A stretch of DNA of 59,801 nucleotides, counting the filler, from Platydemus manokwari (Eukaryota), in NCBI GenBank assembly GCA_037951405.1. It is 4 parts of 4 records of this genome, joined end to end, with 100 filler letters (N's around TTAATTAATTAA, not from the genome) between each part and the next. Parts side by side here need not be neighbours in the genome. Positions count along the whole stretch, not along the records: positions 28,271 to 41,521 come from JBBMOY011781394.1; positions 41,622 to 59,801 come from JBBMOY010544440.1; 2 more parts are not named here. One strand, given 5' to 3'. The notes below the pieces were generated by a model. It saw only the letters and a list, made by a program, of their open reading frames with translations, searched no databases and was not told the origin of the DNA. Both the position numbers and the translations under genes were made by a program. Positions 40,330 to 52,674 of this stretch are shown piece by piece; position 1 is the stretch's first letter; each line of letters begins with the position of its first letter.

Positions 40330-41010
40330 CACAAATAAGGTCAAAAATGCAGACGTTGCCACAATTACATGGCACAAGTTCTACAATGTTAGAACCCGAA
40401 CAAAAAATTGCAGACTGCTCGTCATGGTGCATGTCAAAACAAATTGTTGAGTCTATATGTTCAAAGAACATTATTGTGGTGGTCAACTAAATGTGTTTCC
40501 TGTAAACAAATAGCAGAGAGCGTAACGATTTGATGATAATCAATGTCAAGAAGAAAAAGATTTTTCTTGTAGACACGAAATTTCCAATTGATAATTGAAA
40601 GACTTTGATGAATCGGACAAAAATAATACAACTCACGGTACCGATTTTATAAAAGATAGCCAAATTGAAATCAGACTTCAATATTGAGTCTTTAATATGC
40701 ATTATAGGCTCTCTCGATACAATGCCTGCCTCAACTGAAGCAATTTAAACAAAAATTGGAATGCCAAAGAATAAAATCCGAAACCTGATCAAAGAATGCG
40801 GAATTGGAAACATTGAACATTCAGCGAAAATCTGGCATTTCCACTCGACCAGTGTAGTGATAGATTTCATCTAATCGGTAAAACAATCAAACTATTCCAA
40901 CCTCAAAAAGAGCCGAGTTGAGTGAAAGAAGAAATCAACATTGTAACAGACCGTGCTTTTACTGAGCTGATGAGGTTAAGAATCAAAAGCTTCTGAACCA
41001 AGCAAGTCAA
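40330..41010 (+). mobile_element. Decayed LTR-retrotransposon gag/protease relic
   Basis: LMIINVKKKKIFLVDT (40530-40577) resembles the retropepsin ING...FLVDTG motif. It is preceded by a knuckle-like CRLLVMVHVKTNC. Confidence 0.45.
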
Positions 41011-41359
41011 AAACAATCCTAGAAAAATGAACCAAATTTGTATTTTAATAAATCTTGTAAAGCAGAACTCTAATGGTTCTTGGTGTTAATAAGAAATAAT
41101 TAATTAAAATAAAGTACATCTATGTTTATAAATTATATATAAATTAATATCGACAGTCAAATAAAAGTAGAAATATTTTATTTATTAACAATAAAGCAAC
41201 AAGCAAAGTTCATCATACAATTTTACCACGGATAACTCGAGACTCCCCCAGGAGGTTGTTGTGCTCTAATACTCGATCTTATTGGCTTGTTGTCATCAAT
41301 CTGTGATCCTAATAAGTATTTTTAAAAACTAATACAGAATGTATTATTAATTCATTAAG

Positions 41360-41521
41360 GGGCTTACTGTTGAATTATGATATATAATTTAAAAAATTGG
41401 GAACAACTCAACGAGCCATAATAGATTCATCTATTACCAGAATTTGGTTTTGACACAAATCATAATTGTTTCATCAAGTCTTTTCTTCAAATCACTAACA
41501 AATTTTTTCCAAATACAATAT
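41360..41521 (-). mobile_element. piggyBac-like transposase fragment truncated by contig end
   Basis: QILVIDESIMAR*VVPNFLNYIS*FNSKP resembles the piggyBac first catalytic Asp block (L.IDESM..F.GR..F.QY.P.KP). Confidence 0.5.
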
Positions 41522-41621
41522 NNNNNNNNNNNNNNNNNNNNNNNNNNNNNNNNNNNNNNNNNNNNTTAATTAATTAANNNNNNNNNNNNNNNNNNNNNNN
41601 NNNNNNNNNNNNNNNNNNNNN
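41522..41621. other. Artificial contig spacer N44-TTAATTAATTAA-N44
   Basis: Same structure as the other two spacers. Confidence 0.97.
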
Positions 41622-43081
41622 TATTTTATAAAATTACGTCACAAAAATTAATCTCATGTCTTTGAAAATTTAAATAATTTGTAACGAATAAATATATATA
41701 TTAATTGTAAAAAAAAATAATACAGTTCTAGACTGGAAAAGATAAAGCTCGATTTATTTTCGACATGTTTCATAATCTATACTGCATTGAATGATTAATA
41801 ATTAAATATTATGTAATTAGACAGTTAGAAATGTTTCTATTAATCATTATTAATATGCTAACAAAAGAAAATCTATATTCCTTAAATGTAGCGCTATAAT
41901 AATAAAGTTCAATTGAGAAAATACTGAATTACTGTTATTCAATAACTCAAATATATTACATAGTAACCTGGAAGCTTATACATTTAACATATGTTAATAA
42001 ATAATATTGTTTCAACAAATAAATCAATATTTATTTTATTTAAACAGCGATATTCATGACGCGTGGGAGAATCCATCGTGTCGATTTTAAAATTGATTTA
42101 ATTGTTTTTATTGTTGGTTGTCTGCAATTCCGCATGAAAGGTAACCTGGAAGTTTATAATTTTTGCCATATCTAAATACATGAATCGTTTTACTACTTCA
42201 CAGACCGAAGCCGGATTACTCTTTCTAAACAAAACATAATTAATAAAAATAATCAATGTTTGTATTTATTAAATAAATTTTATAAGGCATTCATTGTTAG
42301 AATCATTTTGATTTTTAATAAATTGCAAATAGTTGAAAATAATAGATGGAACTTGATGAATAATAATATTCAGTAAATTAATGGCATTGAAATCAATACA
42401 ATATAAATATTGGCATAGATGATTTTTCAATGATTAAATAAAATAATTGTAGAATATTCATGACAATTCTGATAATTGAAAACAACACTTTGTCTCAAAC
42501 ATTATTGAAATAGCGACATTACGTTTTATAAATATTACACGTGGTCTGTGCCAACTTGTGAAAATTTTAGTTTAAAACAATAAATATTAATTAAATGTTC
42601 GTAGGAACCATTTTATTTAGAATGCAAAATTTTGTGAATAATTTGAAATTTTCTTTTTAAATCAGTATGACACCGATTATTACAAATTTGTTTTATCATT
42701 TAACGATTAAAAATTTTTGCACGTAGTCAAATACCAATTAACAATATTCAAAATATTAAATTATCTATAAATAATTAAATTAATTTAATTATCTTAATTT
42801 AATTAATATTAAAAAAACAAATGAGTTCAAACATTTAATTTCTTTCAATATTAACATAGCACTAACAATCACCACTTCTCAGTAAATGCAGGAAGACGGT
42901 TGACGAAAAGAAATATTGAAACATTTATTACTAACACCTCAGAATTTTAATAGATAAAAATAGAAATACAAAATGTCACAACACTGATAAAACGGTTTCA
43001 AATACAATTATATGATGCTGATAGTGAAAAATAATGCTTTAACAATTTGAAAGCTCTATTACACGACAGCAAACTTTCAAT

Positions 43082-44790
43082 TTACAGTTCCTCTTTGGTT
43101 TTATTATCATCTTCTTCAACTTCCTTTTCTTCTTCTTCTTCATCCTTTTCTGATTGCTTTCTCTTTCCTCCTTCTTTGCCATTGCTATCAATGAACTTTT
43201 TGAATGCTTCTAATGTACGATCACCTTCGAAGTCAATGACTTCATTGGAATCTTTTGGGAAATATTTTATTGTTGGGAAACTCTGAATTCGAATGCCTTC
43301 GACTTCATTGGCAGTTGAATCCATTTTTGCGATGACAACATCAGAATTATCTTTGTAACTTTCTCCAAGTTGGTCCCAAACTGGTGCAAGCTGTTTACAA
43401 TGTCCACACCATGGAGCATCTAAAATTGAAATTAAATTCATTTACGTAATGCTATTGCTCAATATTTTTATTCAAGTGTTTATGTAATGACAAATATATG
43501 ACGTGGATATTTTTATAATAATCCTTACAGAATTCGACAAAAACTGCCTTTGAAGTATCTCTAGCTACAGCATCGAAGTTCTTTCCAACCAAAACTTTAA
43601 CGGGTGATTTGTCCCAATCTTCAGGAATTTCTTGGGTCATCAAATGTGGTTTGACTTTACCATCAAGTACGTTTTGTACAAAATTGTTAAGGTTTTCAGT
43701 TGAGATAGTACCGTCATCAGGCTTGTATTTAATCATATCATCATCTAATTGAATAACTCTAAAGCTTGGTGTATCATTCTTTATCATTCCAAAGAATTCC
43801 AAAACACGATCATTCTCTTCTTCGTCGACATTGATAATAACATATAAAACCTACAATTTTTTAATAAACAAATAAATTACAAAAACTCATTTAACCTGTC
43901 CCAAGAATTTCTTTGCCGATACTTCAAATTGGGATTTTAATTCTTGGAATTTTTCTGATTTCTTGCTAATGAAACTTAAAACGTGTTTCTTAATGGATCC
44001 ACCGAATATTTTACCAGCGGTTTCCTGACTGAATTCAATGACGATCGGTAATTGATATTTATCAATGAATGATGTTATATCTTTTTCAACAAAGTTATCA
44101 CTGTAGTCATTGCGACCTTCATCAAACTTTTTAAATAGCACAATACTTTCATCTTTTGTGACTTTATATTCATCAAAGACTGCTTTTTCTGAAGTAATAC
44201 CAAACACAACATCATCTTTCGATTCAGCAACTGATTCAAAAGCTTTAGCAGAAGCCGAAGTTAAATCTTTGAAAAATCCAACTACAACTACATCCTTTGA
44301 TTCAATAAAGGCTTTAGTTTCTTCAATAGATTTGAGAGTTACAGCTGGTGGACCTGTTTTCTTTTCCAACCATGAAATGATAGTATCGGCTGTTCTTCCT
44401 CCTCCATATTCCATAGCTTTGCCATCTTTAAAGAATTTCAATGTTGGATATCCTTGGATTTTGAATTTGCTTGCCAATTCATTTTCAACTGTTGCATCTA
44501 CTTTACCCAATTTAATACCCGATTTCTTTTCCTTTAATTTTTGAGCAGCTGAAGCATATTCTGGAGCTAGAGCTTTACAGTGTCCACACCATGGTGCATC
44601 TATTATTAAGTAATAAGTTATCTAGTTTTAATATTATAAACTTACAGAATTCAACTAGCACGTATTGATTATTTTTCAGTGCATCATCAAAGTTACTATT
44701 TGTCAACACTAAAACACCTTCTTCTTCGGAAATATCTGAGTTACAATGCGCTAACGCAAAACAAACCAATAAAAATGCAAAATGCTTCAT
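43082..44790 (-). CDS. P4HB: Protein disulfide-isomerase (PDIA1/P4HB type), 4 exons, 502 aa
   Basis: complement(join(43082-43419,43529-43850,43896-44599,44646-44790)) = 1509 nt; introns 46, 45 and 109 nt, all GT-AG. Signal peptide [16 protein letters not shown], two [10 protein letters not shown] active sites, a-b-b'-a' layout, acidic tail and KEEL ER-retrieval signal. Confidence 0.97.
43499..43506 (+). promoter_or_regulatory. Candidate UPRE (TGACGTGG) in PDI intron 3
   Basis: Exact match to the XBP1s/ATF6 UPRE consensus. A second bZIP palindrome TTACGTAA lies at 43442-43449 in the same 109-nt intron. Confidence 0.45.
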
Positions 44791-47269
44791 TTGTGATTTG
44801 TGTTTTGAAGGGAAGTCAAATATAAGTGTATATACGTATTGCTATACTACGTGTAGTAATGTTCATGCAAATTACAGTGAACAAACAAACGAAACTTTTA
44901 GTTTTAAATATTTTGATTTTTTTATTAATCTTAAAATAAATTAATTTTAAAATATAATTTTCTAAACATACAATATAAGATTCAATAATTTAGATATTAA
45001 TCTAAAATATTTGAAAATTATATAATGTCTTCAAAAACTAGTTAATTTTTAAGTTCTTTAATTTTAAATTTTTAAATAACAACAATAGCATTTTTGTCAC
45101 TATATTTATTTTGAAAATCAGCTATGTAGAATGATAACTTAAAATTTATACTAAATAATTACAGTTATTACTCAAAATTATAAATAAAAATTACATAAAA
45201 TCATAGCACGTTTATAATGATATCTATCTGGTCATCTAAAAGATAGATAATCTAGTAATGTAATCGTTTTTAATTTATCATTTGCTATAACAACTGTTTC
45301 ATCTATTAAATTAAAGTTTAAGAGATCTTTTTATTGAACGAACTCTAGGGCAAAGCTACCCAATATCCAGGCCAAACAAATGAAAGAAATTCCTTAAATT
45401 AAAAATGTACTTATTTTTGTAGTTAATAAATGTATATTTGTGCAAAACATTTTGTATATACGTTACACTTTGAAAAGTCACTTATTGATCTCCTCGATGA
45501 TTTTAAAACATTTCTTAATAACAAAATATTAGATATTTTCAGGAAACATAAAATTTATTCATAACAGTTATTGAATATTACTTTCTAATTACTTGAAAAA
45601 TAAGCATATTTTATCTTCGATTCTAGGTATTATAAATGAATTTTTAAATTCTTAATTATCCCGTATGATAATCTAATAAGAATCTTCAAGATAACTTCAC
45701 GAGAATCAATGAGTATATCTGGTGAACACTTTTGTAAAAAAATTGAAAATAAAATATGCGACTGAATTAAAGATTAAAATAATGATATTTGCGGTCAGAA
45801 AATGAAAGTGAAGGAAAGCTTGAAAATTTTAGAATATTTTGAATATAAAAATGTATAAAATGTTGCTTTGTATTATTAGGTTTCTATGGGTTGGGCTTTT
45901 ACACATTGTCATAAATTAACGGAACAGATGCGTTCAATGAACTTTAACTTTAATTTAAAGTTTGATCTTATGTAAAAATACAACTTGTTCAAACGATATT
46001 TGCACATTTAATAAAAAATGAGGATAAAATCGAGAATAATAGGAGTCTTCAAAGCTTCTTTTTGTTTGGTAAAGGTTTCAATGGACGTTTGAATATGTAT
46101 GTATATATTAATTACATTAATTACTTTTATTGTTTAAACTAGTTCTTTTCGATACTTTGTTCTTATTACAATTTTACCTTTTCACATTATTATCGGGTTA
46201 TATAACCATCGCTCCTTTAAAAACTTTAAAACGTCCAGTTTGCTCTTCAAATTTTACTCCTATCCAGTTGTGTATTGTGATATAATCTGCTCACTATTTA
46301 TATTCTTGATTCTTTTTGAAGTACTTATTTTATATTTATGTTTTAAAAATTGAAACATTTTCAACTTATCCGGTAAATTAAATTTTATATGCTAAGAAAA
46401 CTATTAAATTTAATTTATTTCTTCATTATTCGTCCTTCTCCTGTGAAAACATCGACAACTTTCCCCCTGAAAATAATTTGTCTATTTTATTGAACTTTTT
46501 GTTGATCTAACTAATAAGTGAGTTATTTTTAAAATTAACTAAACTAATTTTGTAATATATAATAATAATAATTATTATTACTTTTAAGTTATTTTATACA
46601 TTTTATAGTTCAACAGAAGAGATAAGTCCAAAAGAATATATTTTAAACACAGATATTGAAATTAATCTATTATCATATCATCACGAGTCAAATTCATTTG
46701 TTCCAGGTTCTGGGTGCTTTGTTAGACCTAGACCCGGACCTCTACTCAGATGCCCTTTTCAAACCGCCATGGTTTAAGTTAAATATTATATTTAATTTAC
46801 CAATATTATTTTACAAGGTGAAAATTGTGCACTGGATCATATTTTAATGAACTGGGATATTATTATATTAATTATACTAGGTTGGGTTATTATAATTCTG
46901 GCAGAGTTCGGAGTCACATGGTTTGAGGACATATGGTTTAATTGAACATTATTATAATAATGATGGACTTGGCATAATAATAATAATTATTATTGTTCGA
47001 GTAGTATTACCGTTTCTAAGTTAGATCACGGGTTAAAATCAATTTCGATACAATATGTATAAATTGACGATAATTTTAGAAATATGAATGAGGTGCTATT
47101 AAGTATTAATAGCACTAAATATATAGATAATGGAAATATTCATATATTAAGGTAAGGGGTATGTGCAGTTCTTTGTTTCGATCGTTTCATAGATCACATT
47201 TCAATAATTCAATAATTCAATTAATTCAAAGTTTAAATCAATTCTGCTTTCGATTTCCAGTCACTGTTG

Positions 47270-48100
47270 CCTGAGATATCTTCTTTCCTTATATTTAATG
47301 CTACCATTCTGCGTGGAACCTCCATTGTAAATAGCTCGCCTTTATATTCGACTTTATGCAAGCAAGAGCTATTTTATTCATCATTTTCTTATACATCTTT
47401 AGTTTGTTAAGGACTGTGGCGTTGGCCTGCGTTTCCATGTTTCGAGAAGCCTTTCAGCAATAGTGACCAGTTCCATAGTACAGTTGGACCGACTTCTTTT
47501 GATCACATTTCGAAGACCTGAGTATTTTTTCATATTCTTTTGATTTGGTTCATCTATGTGAATGATTGGTAACTTAAGATCTACTCTTAGTTTGTGAATT
47601 GACATTCTTTTTTTCACAGACTTTGCAGTCCGTAGTGATAACAATTTCTTTGACCAATATGTTCATTATTCTGTTGTGCAATAAAGTACAAAAGAGTGGG
47701 ATGGTTTCCATCAGGTGAAAACTTTTATTCGCGACTCCACTCCATATAGACATTTTTTACTTGACATCACTCTCAGGAACTTTCCATTCAGAGTAAAAAG
47801 GCTGTCTGGCCATAAGTAATAAATAAATCTGAATTCAGAAATAATAAGGTACCTAGTTTTGACCACATTTCACTAATGGCTCTTGAGTAGCTGTTATAGT
47901 GCCCATTTCTGATTTGATTAGTCCATGGTTAATTGGTACAATCCCAGGAAACATTCCCTCAGTAGTTTGGAATATCTTTGATTTTCTTTGGTTCCATTAT
48001 GGTGCTAGTTTTGTAATAGGGAACATTGATTGTAAAGCTTTGTTCAACTTTGAACATTATTTCAGTATTGATAGGAATGAAAGAAACCGTGGTATATATT
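47270..48100 (-). mobile_element. Decayed Gypsy-type gag-protease relic
   Basis: Eroded zinc knuckles RNCYHYGLQSL*KKEC (~47600-47650) and (S)NC..YGTGHYC (~47460-47490), followed by GELFTMEV (cf. protease G..L.MEVDTG). Confidence 0.4.
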
Positions 48101-51100
48101 TTCATTGAAAATATTTAATGTTCTCTCTTACCTTACCCAACTATCTTTTACTCCGCTCATTCTAGTGCTTCTTCCATTATAAGAGCCTGGTTATTCACTC
48201 CATCAATTTGCTACACGGAGTATATGGCCGTCATTATAATCATTTCATGTTTGCTGGTTAGTAGATAATACTCGCGGGTGATATATATTAGTCTTCAACT
48301 GTCAATATTTCGGTAGCGCGTTTATGTGAAATAATTATGGATGAATTAATTGATATGTTTGACTCATTTAAGGTAATTTATTTCAAAGATGTTTTATTAC
48401 CTTTTTTAGTAGATAATCAGAATCAGAAATACTTGCAATGATAAATTCTAAAATTAATTATTTAAAATAAATAAGCCCTGGCAAGACCTTAGAAATTACA
48501 ATGTTTTATAAAGCTTTCTTTAAAAAAATTATGTTTGAGAATTATAAAAACATCTTTTGAAAATTATTTTATCCAATGGAATTTGAAATGAATACTGAAA
48601 AATAAAAAAATACAAATATTCAAAGTTAGGAATAGAGTTAAGATAATCCTACTGACAAAAATACAAGCTGAAATATTATTTAATCTCAAATTAAAGTTGT
48701 TTGTGAAACTTATTTTGCTTGAAAATTGATAAATCAACACTAATGCGACTTTTTTATGAAATCTCTAAAATTCACGTTTCTATTTGGCTGATCTCATCAT
48801 TATTAAAGTTGGGCAACAGTCACTTCATTCAAATTTTATCTTTTCAACTATCTACTGTAAAAATTAACCACAAATAAAAACCTAGGAAATGATGATTTGT
48901 CATTACGTCATGCAAATCTTCTTAATTACAATTTTTGTAATTACGCAAGCAAAAATTAAAAAACGGTTTGTAGTGAATTTGTAATTAATTAATTTTATTG
49001 ATAGTATTAATTATTTGGTGTGCGCATTTGTACATGGTTTATGAATTTAATTAGCAAAGTGGTCAATTATCAAATACAGTATCGTTTAATTTAATAAAAT
49101 ATTATTCAATTTTATTTTAGAATTACAAAACATAATTTATGTCGAACTTCGACTTTTTTCTTATTGTCAAATACTAATTTTTAAAACTCAATCTTTTCCA
49201 AATCCCAGTATAAATAAATAAGAAAATTAAATTTATGATAAAATTTATCGACAATTTTATGTCGAGAATGATTAGCGATAAGAGTTTTAGGCGTGGTTTT
49301 AAAAATTAAATTTAATTAGGAATATTTATTTTGAAGAAATTATTTGTTAGTTCGTTATGAATATTTTGATTTCAATTCATTCAAATATTGTGATATTAAA
49401 TTTTCAAGATGCACAAGATATACAATTTAGTAAGGGTTGCTAGTTACACTTTTGAATTTGCGCAAAAGCGTCAAATAAACCAGAAATAAAGCAGAAGTTT
49501 ATCGAGATAATAAACGTTTGATACGTGTAACATTCATCTGAGGTATAACCAGTGTGTGATTTTTAAACAATTTTTGTCATAAAAATCACAGAATATTGTT
49601 GGGTTTACTCATTTATATGTTTAATCTAATCTGGATCAGAGCAAATTTAAAATTATGTGTAAGTATTAAATAAGTGTTAAAACCCTATAAATTAATTGAG
49701 CTCTATATTTTTCATTAATAAAAGTCAGTACATCTGACGTATGTAATTATGTAAAGATATGAAATTAAATTTTAGTAATAATCAAATAAATATATTCATC
49801 TAAATAAGATATAATAATTATAACACAATACAAAGAAAGTCAATTAAGGTATAATATAATCAAATTAAATGAAAAAAAGTTACAATAGTAAAAAATGCTT
49901 TTATAGGATAAAGTAAATAAATATGATGTTGAGTAATTCACTTTTTAGTTATAGTTCTAATGTGGGGTTCTATTTCAACAGAACTCAAGAGGTTTAAAAA
50001 TCTCTCGTGGTAATTGATTTTATCGGTCTAATGATATCGTAACCATTGCTATGAATTTGTATTTTGAATTTAAGATGGTTTTTTAAGATGTCACTTTTAT
50101 GTTTTCAATATTTGCTATTACAATAACTAGATTTTGATCAATATCTTTTTTATTTATATACTTATTTTATTATTAGATTTTAATTATTCTAGTTCTATTT
50201 TTGAACAAAATTGCAATTCAGAGTGATTCAGAAATTTTTTCTATATATTAATTATTATTTATTATAGGGTTGTATCTAACAATATGTTTCTGACAATACA
50301 TTGTACACTAATATTTTTCCAATTATAATTGTGTTAAGAATCGGATAACTCTCTAAAGAGTGTATCAAAAATCATTCAAAATTACGAACTAAAGGGATAA
50401 AGGGTATGTAATATACATCCTCCGATTGTAGATCTGTTTCCAATCGAGATATATCAACATTAAATGACGAACTACCATATGGGGTAATATTATCAAATCG
50501 AAACCCGAGAGCAAGGCACAGAAATCTTAAACGAATAAGAATAGATGCACAAGATATTGATCAGTACGAACTGTATTGTCACTAAATCATGATTGGGATT
50601 TTAACGGAAATTACCAGTCCTTTTTATGGCCGGTGACTTAATGTATTCTTCACTGATTTAACATGAGAACATGATCTAAACTTTGACTCTGTAAATTCAC
50701 ATGTGGGTGTTTCAAGTAATAAATATTTGTGTATAATGAATTAACATTCAATTTTGTAACAGTATTAATGTGGCCACTAATGTATTCACCATTCCTGTAT
50801 TATCACTTGAACATTTGTAAAATGTATACTAAATAAACTACGTGGTCGTACACAATCTTATTACTTGAAATAGAAAAGACTGTAGTGCATATTTCTCAAT
50901 TACACAAATGAACTGAGCTAAAATTTTTAAATAATATGTTTATTCGACCCTTGTAGATATTTTTTTGAACTAACCATTGGCAATGAAAATTAGTTGGGAT
51001 TTTTCTAGATCTGTTGTCAATGATGATGCATATGCCAATATTTCGATTAGTTTTGTGAAAAAAAGGCTTTATTCTAATGGTGCAAATATTGATTCTTTTC

Positions 51101-51436
51101 AAATGATAGATCTAATTTAAAATAGAATTAATTAAAATTCTTGAATGCAATGACCAAAAATAATATAACAAACTTACTATAAGAATTCAATAATTTTCGT
51201 TAAATTTTAAAAATTTAAATTGGCTTTAACCAATTCGATAAAATTAATTTATTTTTTATGTGGTGAGATTTCATTTTATAACTTTATATATAAATTATCT
51301 TGGTTATGAATAAAAATATAAAATTACTTTTAAAATGGATTCTTTTAATATTATATCAATGGGATTTTTGTAAAATGATTTGAAAAAAAGATTGACAATG
51401 ATTTGCATTTATTTTATATCCAGTTGTTTACACGAT

Positions 51437-51742
51437 TCATTGTATTATGGTTTTGTCAGTGCTGTATATTCTCGGATAGATTCTCGTCCCATAACCGCAT
51501 ACACTTCTTGGTATTATATTTTTATAAGCACTTTTACCAATATATTTTTCGTCTGTTGGGCATTCTTTATTGAGAGACATATGGGCATGATATCGATTTG
51601 AAAGATGATAATAATCCAATAATACGTCGGAATTGAAAACGTATTGAGTTGTTGCAAATGGAAGAACTGGTGCGTATGGTAATCCTAATTCGAATTCAGG
51701 ATAAGCATCTTTGCAATTTGGATGACATATTCTGTCATTCAT
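51437..51742 (-). CDS. Candidate small orphan protein (101 aa, Tyr/Pro/Cys-rich)
   Basis: ATG-to-TGA ORF that is GC-richer than its flanks. There is a splice-acceptor-like GTCATAG 24 nt upstream of the ATG, an in-frame upstream stop, and AATAAA (51413-51408) about 25 nt after the stop. No family recognised. Confidence 0.5.
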   Translation of the reverse strand: MNDRICHPNCKDAYPEFELGLPYAPVLPFATTQYVFNSDVLLDYYHLSNRYHAHMSLNKECPTDEKYIGKSAYKNIIPRSVCGYGTRIYPRIYSTDKTIIQ

Positions 51743-52297
51743 GTTGTTAGGGATTATCTTTTAGAACTATGACAACGGAATGATTAAATAATAATTTCAA
51801 ATTTGAATTTCGATTTATCATTTATTTGATTTTCAAAATTGAATTTCGGATTTGTTGCTTGTTGTTTAATATTTTAAATTACTAGTTAATAACAGTTTTG
51901 TGATTATAATTATACGGAAATATGTGCAAAATTACTTGGCTGGCTATTTAAATGTATGTGTGGTTGTGTATTCTGTCTGTATAAGAAAAAACAAATCGGT
52001 GATTATATATGGAAACATATATATTAACCGTGATCATTCAATGACAAACTGCCAAAGAATTAGAAATTCATAATTTCGAAATTTTGCAGCAAATTTTGTC
52101 AAAAAGTATCACCATTTTCAAAATTATAAAACATTCTTTTGAGTTGAAATGTTTTATTAACAAATAGATTATTAAGAATTTTGTATAATTAAAGTTAAGC
52201 AGACTGCTTATAAAATAGGCTAAATATTTTTTGTGGGTTTTTAAAAAGCGTAAATTCTTTTTGTATAAACATTCTTGGAATGAGATATGGTCTGGAT

Positions 52298-52674
52298 CAG
52301 TGGTTCTCAACCCTGGGGCTGGCAAGCATTTTTAAAGCGATCACCGGATTATGGTAGATGTACAAACCATTACATGTGAAAAATTGTGTTTTATGATGCT
52401 GTTAAATAAATAGTTTGTGATGCTGATTAAACTACTTCTGTTCACAATTACTTTGACTACTACAGTTAAGTATTTTATAGGTAATGTTATTATCTGATAA
52501 TCTTATTGTTATCAGTAATTCATTACTTGTTGTAAATCAATGAAATGTTGCAAATTGGTTTTATTAAATATGGTAAGTTATGACTTATTTTTAGTAATTT
52601 TGATTTTCTTTGGGGTCGCCAGGATCTTAAAAATGTGAAAGTAGGTCGACAGAGAAAAGGATTGAGAACCGCTG
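52298..52674. mobile_element. Non-autonomous hAT (Charlie/Buster-type) MITE, 377 bp
   Basis: TIRs CAGTGGTTCTCAA / TTGAGAACCGCTG. 8-bp TSD GTCTGGAT (52290-52297) / GTCTAGAT (52675-52682), fitting the nTCTAGAn target preference of this group. Confidence 0.9.

Noticed and set aside
43047-44544. Plus-strand ORFs 43047-43286 and 44110-44544 (also the antisense ORFs over MTR4 and ODAD1)
   Set aside because: Antisense shadows of real coding exons.
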